Shown one piece after another: positions 16,000-28,895 of a DNA stretch of 64,000 nucleotides (the first letter of the stretch is position 1; each line of letters opens with the position of its first letter). A program made the translations under genes and the position numbers. The DNA comes from Octopus vulgaris. Taxonomy: Eukaryota. Location of the stretch: contig OX597826.1 in NCBI GenBank assembly GCA_951406725.2, positions 83,080,001 to 83,144,000 of the forward strand, in the 5' to 3' direction. Below the pieces are notes generated by a model. The model was given only the letters and a program-made list of their open reading frames with translations, did not search any database and had not been told where the DNA came from.

Positions 16000-16480
16000 G
16001 AGTGAGAGAGCAGTGCATGCCATCAAAGTGACACTGGGGTAAAATATGCGAAGCCCAATATACCCATCATGACTACCCGTCTGATAAAGGTACACCAGGC
16101 ACATGCATCACAACCATATGTGCGCGACAAGGTGATCTCATATCAAGATAAACAGCACATAACCTTGCAGGTGGGGGCCCAGTTAGAATTTTCTTCAGGT
16201 TGAGTAGCCCATCCCGCTCAAAAGGTCCCTGAATAAGGATTGTTTAAGGATGTTGAAAGAACCACCCATGTTTCCAGAGGTGAATTATTCAAACCCCAAA
16301 GAATCCCTCTCAACACATGGCTATGATGCTCCCCCACTACTTCTGCTCGTGATCAGAGATGCACATATCGTCAGCCACTAAGGGACATGCTCAACTGGTT
16401 AAGGTCAAACAACTGACAAGCAAATCTGTGGTATTGAGCAGAATATTTGATGTAGCCCATCTTTTATACCAAGACAAAAC
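16000..16480 (-). mobile_element. Non-autonomous (AAT)n-inserted element, 5'-truncated copy B1
   Basis: 481 bp, truncated at ...ACCAAGACAAAAC. Confidence 0.92.
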
Positions 16481-16526
<46 letters not shown>

Positions 16527-16531
16527 CATCA

Positions 16532-16574
<43 letters not shown>

Positions 16575-16582
16575 CATCATCA

Positions 16583-16646
<64 letters not shown>

Positions 16647-16651
16647 CATCA

Positions 16652-16712
<61 letters not shown>

Positions 16713-16737
16713 CATCATCATTATTATTATTACTATT

Positions 16738-17289
16738 GAGTGAGAGAGCAGTGCATGCCATCAAAGTGACACTGGGGTAAAATATACGAAGCCCAGTATA
16801 CCCATCATGACTACCCATCTGATAAGGGTACACCAGGCACATGCATCACAATCATATGTGCGCGACATGGTGATCTCATATGCAGATAAACAGCACATGA
16901 CCTTGCAGGTGGGGTCCACTTAGAATTTTCTTCTGGTCGAGTAGCCTATCCCGCTCAAATGGTCCTTAAATAAGGGTTGTTTAATGATGTTGAATGAAAC
17001 ACCTGTTTCCAGAGGTGAATTATTCAAATTCCATAGAATCCCCCTCAACACATGGCTATGATGCTCCCCCACTACTTCCGCTCGTGATCAGAGATACACA
17101 TATTGTCAGCCACCAAGGGACATGCTCAACTGGTTAAGGTCAAATAACTGACAAGCAAATCTGTGGTATTGAGCAGAATATTTGCTGTGGCCCATCTTTT
17201 ATACCAAGACAAAACAAGGTACATGATAACACTTCCAATCAGTTAAGATCAGAAGCCATGAGAGCCACTGCCTGGTACTGCATCAGGGC

Positions 17290-17293
<4 letters not shown>
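16738..17293 (-). mobile_element. Non-autonomous (AAT)n-inserted element, copy A2
   Basis: Appears identical to A1, including diagnostic variants. Confidence 0.92.
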
Positions 17294-17376
<83 letters not shown>

Positions 17377-17408
17377 CATCATCATCATCATTATTATTAT
17401 TATCACCA

Positions 17409-17451
<43 letters not shown>

Positions 17452-17468
17452 CATCATTATCATCATCA

Positions 17469-17500
<32 letters not shown>

Positions 17501-17981
17501 GAGTGAGAGAGCAGTGCATGCCATCAAAGTGACACTGGGGTAAAATATGCGAAGCCCAATATACCCATCATGACTACCCGTCTGATAAAGGTACACCAGG
17601 CACATGCATCACAACCATATGTGCGCGACAAGGTGATCTCATATCAAGATAAACAGCACATAACCTTGCAGGTGGGGGCCCAGTTAGAATTTTCTTCAGG
17701 TTGAGTAGCCCATCCCGCTCAAAAGGTCCCTGAATAAGGATTGTTTAAGGATGTTGAAAGAACCACCCATGTTTCCAGAGGTGAATTATTCAAACCCCAA
17801 AGAATCCCTCTCAACACATGGCTATGATGCTCCCCCACTACTTCTGCTCGTGATCAGAGATGCACATATCGTCAGCCACTAAGGGACATGCTCAACTGGT
17901 TAAGGTCAAACAACTGACAAGCAAATCTGTGGTATTGAGCAGAATATTTGATGTAGCCCATCTTTTATACCAAGACAAAAC
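17501..17981 (-). mobile_element. Non-autonomous (AAT)n-inserted element, copy B2
   Basis: Appears identical to B1, same truncation point. Confidence 0.92.
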
Positions 17982-18018
<37 letters not shown>

Positions 18019-18026
18019 CATCATCA

Positions 18027-18069
<43 letters not shown>

Positions 18070-18077
18070 CATCATCA

Positions 18078-18144
<67 letters not shown>

Positions 18145-18164
18145 CATCATTATTATTATCATCA

Positions 18165-18234
<70 letters not shown>

Positions 18235-18239
18235 CATCA

Positions 18240-18309
<70 letters not shown>

Positions 18310-18314
18310 CATCA

Positions 18315-18345
<31 letters not shown>

Positions 18346-18359
18346 CATCATCATCATCA

Positions 18360-18414
<55 letters not shown>

Positions 18415-18416
18415 CA

Positions 18417-18477
<61 letters not shown>

Positions 18478-18485
18478 CATCATCA

Positions 18486-18549
<64 letters not shown>
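17982..18549 (+). repeat. Long (ATT)n/(ATC)n microsatellite
   Basis: About 570 bp of ATT with periodic ATC blocks. Confidence 0.97.
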
Positions 18550-18550
<1 letters not shown>

Positions 18551-19997
18551 TGATTCATGAGTGAGAAGTATGTGCAGTAATATTTCCATATAATCCAACT
18601 TTATTTCCGTTTTAGGTGTCCTAATAGTTGTATTTAGTGGTATTTTGCCCTTCTTATGGCCCTCTCAGTACAACATTTCTTGACATCATGAAATTAGTTG
18701 GTCTATATTCATTTAAAACTCTTAGGAATTATATACGATCGAATCTCTTTTCTGCTGTTTTTTTTTGTTGGCTTTTCTTTCTTACTCTTCCACTGATTGT
18801 TTTCTTCTAACCTTATCAACAAGGGAATTGTACACAGAATGCGCGTGTGCGTGTGCCTATGTATCTATCTACAGAAAACACACATTTAACAAGGCTAATA
18901 AATTATTACGAAGGCTAATAAATTCCTTTAAAGAGCCGCGGAAAATGAAACACTGTTAATCGAATATAAAAATAACGTAAAATATTTTCTTATACCCTTT
19001 TCTTTCAAAAACATTTTTTTATTTAAATTTCTCCTTAACTACGTACAAAAAAAGAAGGAAAATAAGTTAAAATACCATATATAATATATAATGTTCTAAT
19101 ATATTTCTTTCTCGGGGGAAATGTATGTAAAGAAGTCTGTAAGCTTCACATTTTTTCTTCCCTTGAAACTCTCCGTAGCTGCTTATTGAATTGTCAGTTT
19201 TTCGCTGAATTTCCACGCTTGTTTAGCTCGGAACGCTTTTATGTATATATGCTTGTGCATGCTTTTGAATTTTTTCCTTCGCTTCTTTATCACTGCTGGT
19301 AGGCTCGCCTTGTACACACGCTATTTGAAGCATTTGAACTTTCCAGAGCTGCCTATGTTTTTTTTCTACTCAGTTTTATTGTTTCTTCACTATAGAGAAT
19401 AGATTCAAAGCTTTTGATTTGATGAAGTAGGTACTCAAAGAAATGTGGCTCTGATTAAAATCTTCAAGGCACGTGAGTAACAAGCATTGTTTCAATCATC
19501 TCGCTTCGGTTGAATTACTATCGAAGATCAAGCTATCTTTTCACTAACAATCTTCATCTTGTTTCAAAATGACGTGCGCGGTTCATTCTAAATAATCTCT
19601 CATTTGCTATTGCCGTTATCATAACTTTTAATTATTTTCAGCTTCTAGAACGTAAAACATTTTTTATTACAGCAATCATCTTCACTTTCAACTTTCCCCC
19701 TTCATCATTGCTAATGGGGGGAAAATATTCTAATAAAATAAGCAAAACTAGCGATTAAACGAGGAGAAAAAAGTGAAACAATGAGGAATCTTGCTGATGG
19801 CTGCCAGCCGTTGCTTGGCAACAGTATACATTCTCTGCGAGATTTAAATGCGTTTATTTAAGACCGTGTTGAATGAAATTTAACTCGTATGAAATAAAAT
19901 CAGGTTAAAATGAATAAACAGGGTAAAATCGAAAATACTTAATCGAAGGTTCCTTGTATGTGTGGATGTATATATGTGTGCTCATACATATACATAC

Positions 19998-20056
<59 letters not shown>

Positions 20057-20119
20057 TTTGCCGGATCCAATCAAATCAAGGTGTTTTAAATAATAAGAAC
20101 ACTTAAGCTAAGGAAAACC

Positions 20120-20700
20120 CGAGTTGGTAAGATTTCCCTTAGCTTAGTTGAAAGACACATTCTTCGTATAAACAGGTTCAGTATAATATCTAACAGGCAC
20201 ACTTTGAGAGTTTCCTTTAGCTGTGCACCCAATGTAGAAAAGATTTTAGTTGGTAGACCCAGACCTGAGACAGAGGCAGGATGCCCCAGTAGGGGTGAGA
20301 TATGTCCATTGAACAGCCACTCTAATACTAAATCATCGTATGCAGAAGTAAGAGGAATAGGATAAAATGGTCAACCAAACGTGCTAATGTACGCGGGACC
20401 AACTGAAGATCCCTTCAGAACCCACTATAACAAACACAAGTACTCTTTCAACATCCTGGAGAGACGTAACGTCACAAGCCTGGCCAAGCACATATGGTCG
20501 TTGAATGAAAGCGCCACTGAGTACAGCATACAGTGGATGGTTCTAGAGAAATATAAAGCGTACTTCAATAGCAAAGCAGGAAGCGCAGATTATGTCTGAT
20601 TGAGAAAAGAGCGATTTTAAAGAGCTCTCAGTACACAGGTATCTACCTGAACAGCAGAAATAAAATTTGAAATCCTTGCCCATGTGAAACGAAGTGCATC
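20120..20700 (+). pseudogene. Penelope-like element C-terminal remnant (linker + GIY-YIG)
   Basis: VGKISLSLVERH..NRHTLRVSFSCAPN, then YAGPTEDPFRTHYNKHKYSF..NVTSLAKHIWSL..YSIQWMVLE..CLIEKRAI. Confidence 0.82.
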
Positions 20701-21061
20701 CTATAGAAAACTTTCATGTTCGTAATGCAAGCCATATGCCACAATTTTGTCCCAGAGAGAAGGGCCACTGCACATAAAAACAAGATTCCCAGGCAGAGAA
20801 TAGTTCTTATGAGACGGCGCACAAAAATTGCAAACCGCTTCTACAGAGAACTCAAAGGCAGTGAGAAACCCCATCTGGAAATAGCACTGCTTGGGATTGA
20901 GAATCAACTGAAGAGTTGTCCCAGCATGGCCGCAGTAATTGGACTGAACCTTAGTAAAATATAGTGATCATCCTTAAATATAACAATATCACTACAAAAA
21001 TATTTTTCATTTTCGTCCCCTTTGAAATTGCTCTTATTCGTGGTTTGGACTTTGACTACCC

Positions 21062-21366
21062 TTTTTAGCATGTAAGGTGTCCTGTCAAAGGTCACCTCTT
21101 TCGTGTATAAATACTTAAATTGTTTATACAGAATTATATATGAAAAAAATGTTGTCTATTGACTTTATTACGTATGCTAGCCAACGGTATGAGAATTTTT
21201 CGAAATTTTCTACCCATATTATTTTCACAGTAAAATTTTCGCAATTAAAAAGCCTTTATCGTAGGCAGTTTCAATTTCTTTATTATTATTTGCTGCCCTT
21301 TCTAGCATGTAGGATGTCCCGTCAAAGGTCACCTCTTTCGTCCATAGATACTTAAATTGTTTATAC
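21062..21366 (+). repeat. Dispersed direct repeat of about 65 bp (21062-21128 and 21300-21366)
   Basis: tagcatgta.g.tgtcc.gtcaaaggtcacctctttcgt..ata.atacttaaattgtttataca occurs twice. Confidence 0.8.
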
Positions 21367-21370
21367 ACTA

Positions 21371-21405
<35 letters not shown>

Positions 21406-22384
21406 CAATTAATAAAGCCTGTCTTTGTATGAAACAATTGTACTAAAAACCAATCCATTCTTGTTGCTTCTTTCTCGTATATATATATATATATATACAT
21501 AAGCACGAAACTCTCGGCCCTTCAGTCACTCTATTCCTACTGCTATACATCAATAAATGTGTGTGTGTGTGTGTGTGTGTGTGCGTGCATGCGAGCGTGA
21601 ATGTATGTGTGTGTATACATACATACATATATATATACATATATATAAGTCCACACACACGCATATACACATGCACATACACAGAAACACACAGAAACAC
21701 ACACACACACACACATACACGTACACGTACACACAGTGAAATCTAAAATTATGTTTGTTTCTGAACTGAACTGAATTATTCTTTGTTTAACGATGCAAAA
21801 TAAAGAACAATGTTTATCTTTAAAAAAAATTCTCTGCAACAAATGCTAAAACTGAAATTAAAAACAAATAATGCAGAGATTTGCAATTGTAAAGCTCGTT
21901 ATTGAATTACTTGTGTGCGTATTTCAGGCTGGAGTGTCTTCTTTCCGCCAGTCGTATCCAGACAGCTTGTCTTGCATCAGAAATAGGCTTATGCTTACTT
22001 CCGGCCAGAAGCGACTTAAACGCTTTATTTCGCTGTCTTCCAATTTGTCAAACAGTTTTCATTGATGTTAAGATGTTTGCTTAACAGTTATTTGTTGGTG
22101 CCACTTATTTAATTTGTTTTTCTCTCTCTATTACGATATTCACTTTGTAATATGTTTCATTAAAATTCTAAATCAAAATACACACACTTACATGTTTATA
22201 AACACATATTTATACATATACACACACACACACATACACATATACATATAGAAAAATATACATATGCGTATTTGTGTGTTTATTTATGTATGTAATGTGT
22301 ATCACTTGATTTGTTTTTCTGTCTCATGTTCACATCCTCTACGCGCGTACACACACACACGTACACACATACATACATATATGC

Positions 22385-22447
<63 letters not shown>

Positions 22448-22558
22448 CATAAATGTATAAATGTATATTACACACACCATATACAGAGTAAACCACACTA
22501 ACGTATGCATGTGTATTGTGCATATATGCAAAAATGCTTATATATCTGTGTGTATATA

Positions 22559-22614
<56 letters not shown>

Positions 22615-22714
22615 TATATTAGAAGAAATGAGGTACTCAGAAATTCGGATGGTTTTATATTTACAGATATTTATTTGTATATTGCATGTTTTTATACATC
22701 ATATAACTTAAATC

Positions 22715-22781
<67 letters not shown>

Positions 22782-23382
22782 TCTATGTATCTATGTAGGT
22801 ATGTATCGATGGATATATGTACACACACACGCACACACATATATACATGTATTAATTGAATTTAGACATACGTAGATGTATATATGCATATACTCTCGTA
22901 TATTTATATAAAGACATCCATACATACACGTATGGTGGTTAGGGTTTTTTCCCCATTTCAGCAAGAAGATTTTTTAAATGGACAAAACGCGACAATCCAA
23001 CACCTCAACATTAATCTTAATATAATCTCATCAGGTAAAGATTAAATAATGAAACAAATAAACAAGTGAAAAATAATTCCACAAGAACAAAAAATACATA
23101 AGAAAGAGTAAAAGGAAAAAAAAGTTTGTAAAATCTATAAAAGATACTTAAAGAATTCTTCGAAAGATGAGAGCAAATATTTTAGAGATTAGAATAAAAA
23201 ATCGCCAAGAAATGATGCAAACAAACGAGAAAGTAAAATGGGAAGAAAAATGAGAAAAGAACAACATCGAACGGAAAGGGACACGTAATAACGGATTTGT
23301 ATGTCTTCTTGTGAATCCATATGTACATCCATACATACATACATATTTATATATATATATATATATTTATATACATATATAT

Positions 23383-23420
<38 letters not shown>

Positions 23421-26164
23421 GCATGTATGTATGCATATATATATGTGTGTGTGTGCGTGTATATATATATATATATATATTTATATATACATATATTTGT
23501 GTATATCGATATATGTGTGTGTGTTTGTATGCGTGTGTATATACATACAAACACGCACGCACAAAAAGCGTGGACAAACGCGTGTGTACAGACACACACA
23601 AGCACGGACACACTCACACACACACACACATAGACTCACACACACACACACGCCCACACATACATTATTGCTATTATCATTGTTAACGGGGGAAAAATGT
23701 CGGAAGCAAAGAGCCAATGACAGAACGGTGTCTTGTGTTATTCGATACAGAGTATTAAAAATATTTTAATGCTTGCAAAGAGAAATGTTTGGCTTCTGAT
23801 TCTGTCTTCCTATTTGTAAGCAAAGTGACTTTGTCAAGTCAGATCGAAAAACAGGCGAGTTGCGAAGCTGGAGAGTCGCAATTGTGTAGATTGTCATCAC
23901 TCATGTTGTTGTTGTTGTTGTTGTTTTGGTGGTGCGGTGCAGAATGGTGGAGGAGATACGGTAGTGGGTTATGTGGGGTGATGCATTGGGGGAGAGCGAT
24001 GGCGTGAGATAGAATCTGTACAGCTGCAGACGAAATGCCTGCGAAATTTCTCTTGTCTTTCCGTTCTGTGAACGAATCCTAGCATGGTTGACTACCACTT
24101 GCATGCTTCCGGAAGTGGTAAAATAAAATGCTAATCACATGTTTTGTGCAATACGGTTGAAACCGAGGCTTTATTTTCATGTTAGAAGGCATCCTTTTCA
24201 GCTGTAATTTAACTTCAAATCTCGCCGAAGTCAACATTGCTTTTCGTCTCTTTGCAGCCGATAGAATAAAGCCCAAGCCTAGTGCTAGAGAAGTCGGTAT
24301 CGGAAATCCCTCCCGTCAAAACATCTGCTCTTGTGATTATATCAGAAAACATCATCAACTTTAATATTCATTCTTTTTGTTGGCTTTTCTGTGTTTCGCT
24401 GTTATGCTTTGAACAATCTTAACTTCGGAAGGGCGTCACAAACAATAACGTCAAAATCGAACCTTAAACAAACACACCTATTGGTCGAAATCGAAGACAG
24501 TGGAAATTTTTAACACCATGAGACATTGATGTGAAAATCTGTAAATTTCGGAATCAAAATAGAAATAAGCATATTTATAAAGCTCGGAATTTCCATGGAT
24601 CTCGATAGTTACTATTGTTCTCAGCCGTGGGCGCACGCGTTTGCAGAATTCCATTCAGGAAATGATTCTTTTCAAGATTACCAAACAAATATAGATTTTT
24701 CGTGTTGGGTGGAAGATTTTTAATCACTAACGACTTTGAAACACTTTAATGTCCTGTTTATATCCCTGAAAATATTTTTCAGGGATGCAAGCTGCATTGT
24801 TATTTGTAGTTCAGAAGTCAAAGAAATATTCGCCAAATGCGGGAAGCAGAGACTTCAATAATTGCGAAGAGGATTCACAATTATTTTCAAACTCACATCT
24901 TTAAACAACAAAATCCCAAGCATAAATAAAGGTTCACTGTGAAATACAAAATATGATTCTTATTTTATCACTTTTATTGTTGTCATTGTTGTTCTTTCTC
25001 TCTCTTATTCTTCGGATGGGGTCGATGTAATTGATTACGCAACTTCCCATCAAAATCGCTGGCCTTGTGCCAAAAGAAGAATTTTTATTATCATCGTTCA
25101 TCCTTGTCTTTATTATTGGTTTCTGTATTTGAAAGACGTGCTTGGTCTACGAGTTTCTTATTTATTTGCGTATTTGAGGAATTGTTAATGTTAATTTTTG
25201 TTGTGTATTTTTTACAAAGGCAGCCAAAACACCGGGGGGCCAGTTGATTCCTTTGTTTTGTTGCATCTTGGAGCTAGAATTTAAAGAATACGTTTTGAGA
25301 ATTTTATTTAAAAAATCATTATTTCGACGAAAACCTTACAAAGAACAACTAGAAGAACGTAGACGAAAGACGAAAATAATACCTTCCCTAATTGCTCAAT
25401 CAAGAGTAGGTAAATTTCGGCAACGCTGCCAACTACCACTATGGTCACTATGGTTACTGAAAGTAGAAGTAGAAGTGATAACAAAAAGCATAACCAATTC
25501 GCAGCAAGAAATGCGAGTTTTACCAAAGTTGCAAATACCAGAGAAAAACTAGAACTGCAGAAGGAATAATTAAGACACACCAGTAGACTTTTAAGAAAAG
25601 AATCGACACAGGTTATACTGGGTGAAATCACTCACGCACCCATTAATGTCAGGGAAAATACGCATATGAAGAACAATTGACTAATGCAGAGGCGAAACTG
25701 TATCTGCAGCTCAAACGTGAAGACAAAATGTTTGTCAGCCGCGGCAGACAATATCACGTGATGAGTGAGAAAATAGCGTCTGAGAAGAAATGAACACAAA
25801 AAAAGGTGAGTATTTATTCTCTTTCTATCTTAAATAGAGAGGCAGCTGATTATGGTATCGGAATCAGATATGATACTGACAGAACTAGTGGTTGGAGTGA
25901 CCATCCAGTCGAGTACGACGAAATATTATAGCAGGACAGAGTATGTACCAAGGATAGGCCGAGATCGCTAAATCCAAACATCAGAAAATCGAAGCCACGC
26001 GCTATATGATCGACCTGACACACGGCACCAGTGATGGAGAGCGAAAGGCATAAGTGCCCACATACGTGGTGCTGATAACCACCTACTGGATCTTTCATCC
26101 AGAGAAGGTGAGAATGAAAAAATAATACAGCAAAAATAATCAGTAGCAACAGAAACAACTACAA

Positions 26165-26335
26165 TATTGGCTTCAAATTTTGGCTTAGGACTACCAGTTT
26201 CGAAATAGAGGATGAGTCGGTTACATCCAGCCCAAATTTCAACTAGTACTTATTTTATCGACCCCGAAAGGATGAAAGACAAAGTCGACCTCGGCGAAAT
26301 TTCAAATTAGAATGTAAAGACGGACGAAATCTCAA
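26165..26335 (-). mobile_element. tRNA-derived SINE fragment (family with GCCTTTCATCCTTTCGGGGTCGATAAA core)
   Basis: tttatcgaccccgaaaggatgaaagacaaagtcgacctcggc shared with 52358-52758 and 56395-56606. Confidence 0.75.
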
Positions 26336-26339
26336 GAAT

Positions 26340-27500
26340 CAGGAACCTTGCAGAATATATAGGTACTTTTCTGTAAGTTGACAAGCGAGTTGTTTCAATT
26401 CCAATTTTTTTAGTATTTCAGGTAGCATTTCAGGTGCAATGCCAAATGCACCAATTACCACAGGAATAGTTTTGTCTCAGCCCTTTGGCTTCATCCTCGG
26501 ATTTCTGAAATTATTATCATTTTCTTTGGTATCGACTCTAATATCATGGAGAATTGCAAAATCCGTGATCTCACCTCTTTGTTTGTTTTGTCCTCTCTTA
26601 TCATATTTAATCTTATTGCGTCAGTTGTATGGTCAGTTTTTATGGGGAAGTCCCACAGGACTTGTAATTCTCACTTTTTATCGCAGCCTTTGTTTCGTTT
26701 TCACATCACTTTCCAGTTTTTCGAAGTGACACACTCGGCTAATATCTCAATGCACTCTGTTGCCTACACAGTCATGTCTGCACTCCCTCAGCATAATTGA
26801 CACTCGTCTCCTTTACTGCAGATTCTGCGTTTGCCGTCTGGCTGAGTTTTGTCGACCTTTGCCTTGATCAGATTTGTTCTAAGGCCTTATTCCTGAAAGG
26901 CTACACTTGGTGTTTTTGTTTCTCTTTTCAAGTTTCCCGTCGGTCAACGAGAGCCAGCAATCTTCATTTCCAACATTCTTGCTTTGTTCCATGAACTGGA
27001 AATCTAATTTCATTTCTTACCGTTTGTTAGTTCCGTTGTTCTTTATTTCCTCCTTGAATTATCTGACTGTTTCGGTTGCTTTTGGGGGTCTCTGGCTGCC
27101 AGTAGTATTCTTTCTTTCTTCTGCACAACATAATTTTACAGACCCAGTATTGCTGTATTAACGGCGTTTAGTAACCGTCTGCCATCTTCGTTTCTTCGTT
27201 GGCAAAGACGGTCAGTATTACTTTTAGGATGGTGTGCGCTCTACATTGTGGGTACAACTTTCTAGTTTTTTCAGTTTAAGTTTTGTAGCTCGAACATTGT
27301 CCATTTCAGAAAGGATGCAGATTATCTCTTTACTGGTATTTCCCATTTATTTATGGCTTTTATGATATTCCCTCCATTTAATCTTGTTTCGAGCACCTTC
27401 CTAACTCTCATCATATACGTTTTAGGGATTTTCTCTCATTTCTCCTGCCATTATATTTGTTATCTTGCAGCACTCTTAGATACTTGTATCCCTCATTATT
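26340..27500 (-). mobile_element. Degraded R4/Dong-type retrotransposon fragment, divergent subfamily
   Basis: Minus-strand motifs QE*GLRTNLIKAKVDKTQPDGKCRIC, LWDFPIKTD, KTIPVVIGAFG; 5' junction in (AAT)n. Confidence 0.75.
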
Positions 27501-27503
27501 CTA

Positions 27504-27585
<82 letters not shown>

Positions 27586-27592
27586 GTTATCA

Positions 27593-27630
<38 letters not shown>

Positions 27631-27633
<3 letters not shown>

Positions 27634-28366
27634 TAGTTTTATATTTATTTTTATAGCGTGCTTTCACTTCACTACCGAGCGCAGCTCTGTGTGCCTTGGG
27701 TATGTGCTGTGATTTGTTGTGATGCTCTGATGGTTATTGTATGGAAAGTGTTCTGCGTAGGATGTGGGCAGTGCCTAGTAGTGCAATTTTCTGTATGTTA
27801 TATGTGTTTGTAAGTCCTGGTGTTTTTGTTATGTATTTGTCTGAATATTTTTTTATCATGCCTAATGCACCTACTATGATAGGAATTGTTTCTGTTTTCA
27901 GATTCCACATTCTAGTTACCTCTATTTCCAGGTCTTTGTATTTTGAGAGTTTCTCCATTTCTTTTAGAGACACGTTGTCATCTGCCGGTATTGATACATC
28001 AATTAAAAAGCATTTTTTTTCTTCATGATCTCTGACAACTATATCTGGTCTGTTGGCCTTAATTTCTCTATCTGTGTGTATCGGCATATCCCAGAGTATG
28101 GTTGCTTTCTCGTTTTCTGTGACCTTTTCTGGTGTGTGCCTATACCATCTTTTTTCTGTTGTTATTCCATAATGTTGGCATAGCTTCCAATGTATGTAGG
28201 TTCCAACTCTGTCATGTCTGTGAATATATTCCTTCTTAGCCAGGACTGGGCAGCTAGAGATAATATGATTTATTGTTTATTGTCTATCTCCACATATTCT
28301 GCAGTTACTTGTAATATTTCTTTTCATTACATGTTTTTGGTAATTTCTGGTGGGGAGGCTTTGGTC

Positions 28367-28368
<2 letters not shown>
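27631..28368 (-). mobile_element. R4/Dong-type retrotransposon 3' fragment with intact 3' UTR
   Basis: DQSLPTRNYQ..CRIC..HIISSC..RHD; ORF 27734-28087 NRPDIVV..IDVSIP..KYKDL..HILRRTL; both ends in (AAT)n. Confidence 0.92.
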
Positions 28369-28424
<56 letters not shown>

Positions 28425-28426
<2 letters not shown>

Positions 28427-28743
28427 TGCACGAGGGAGTAGCGCCTGCCGTCAATGTGACGCTGGGGTAGAAATATACGAAGTGCAATATACCCATCATA
28501 ATTACACATCTGATGAGAGCCCATCCCGCTCAGAATGCTCCTGAATAAGGGTTGTTTCAGAATGACAAACGAAACACCCATGCATCCATCTACTCCTGAT
28601 CGTAAACAAAGATTCACAAATCGTCATCCACAAAGGAGATGCTCCATTGGTTAAGTTCAAGCAACTGACCAGCAAGGCTGAACAGAATATTCGCTGTAGC
28701 CCATCTTTTACACCAAAACCGAATATGTACTCGTTGACACTTC
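28425..28743 (-). mobile_element. Non-autonomous (AAT)n-inserted element, old internally deleted copy
   Basis: Blocks ctggggtagaaatatacgaag, gcccatcccgctca, ctgaataagggttgttt, cagaatattcgctgtagcccatctttta match the family. Confidence 0.8.
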
Positions 28744-28769
28744 ATTATCATTATTATTTTTGTTGGGGT

Positions 28770-28895
28770 CACTTTGTCTTTCATCCTTTCAGGGTCGATT
28801 AAATAAGTACCAGTTGAATACTGAGGTCGGTGTAATCGATTCATCCTCTCCCCACAACAATTGCTGTCCTTGTGGCAAAATTCGAAACCTTTATT
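28770..28895 (+). mobile_element. tRNA-derived SINE 3' fragment
   Basis: ctttcatcctttcagggtcgattaaataagtaccag core. Confidence 0.7.

Noticed and set aside
18550-18830. Additional R4-like 3' end on the minus strand
   Set aside because: Only IIPKSF and VLRGP-like traces beside AAT; insufficient support
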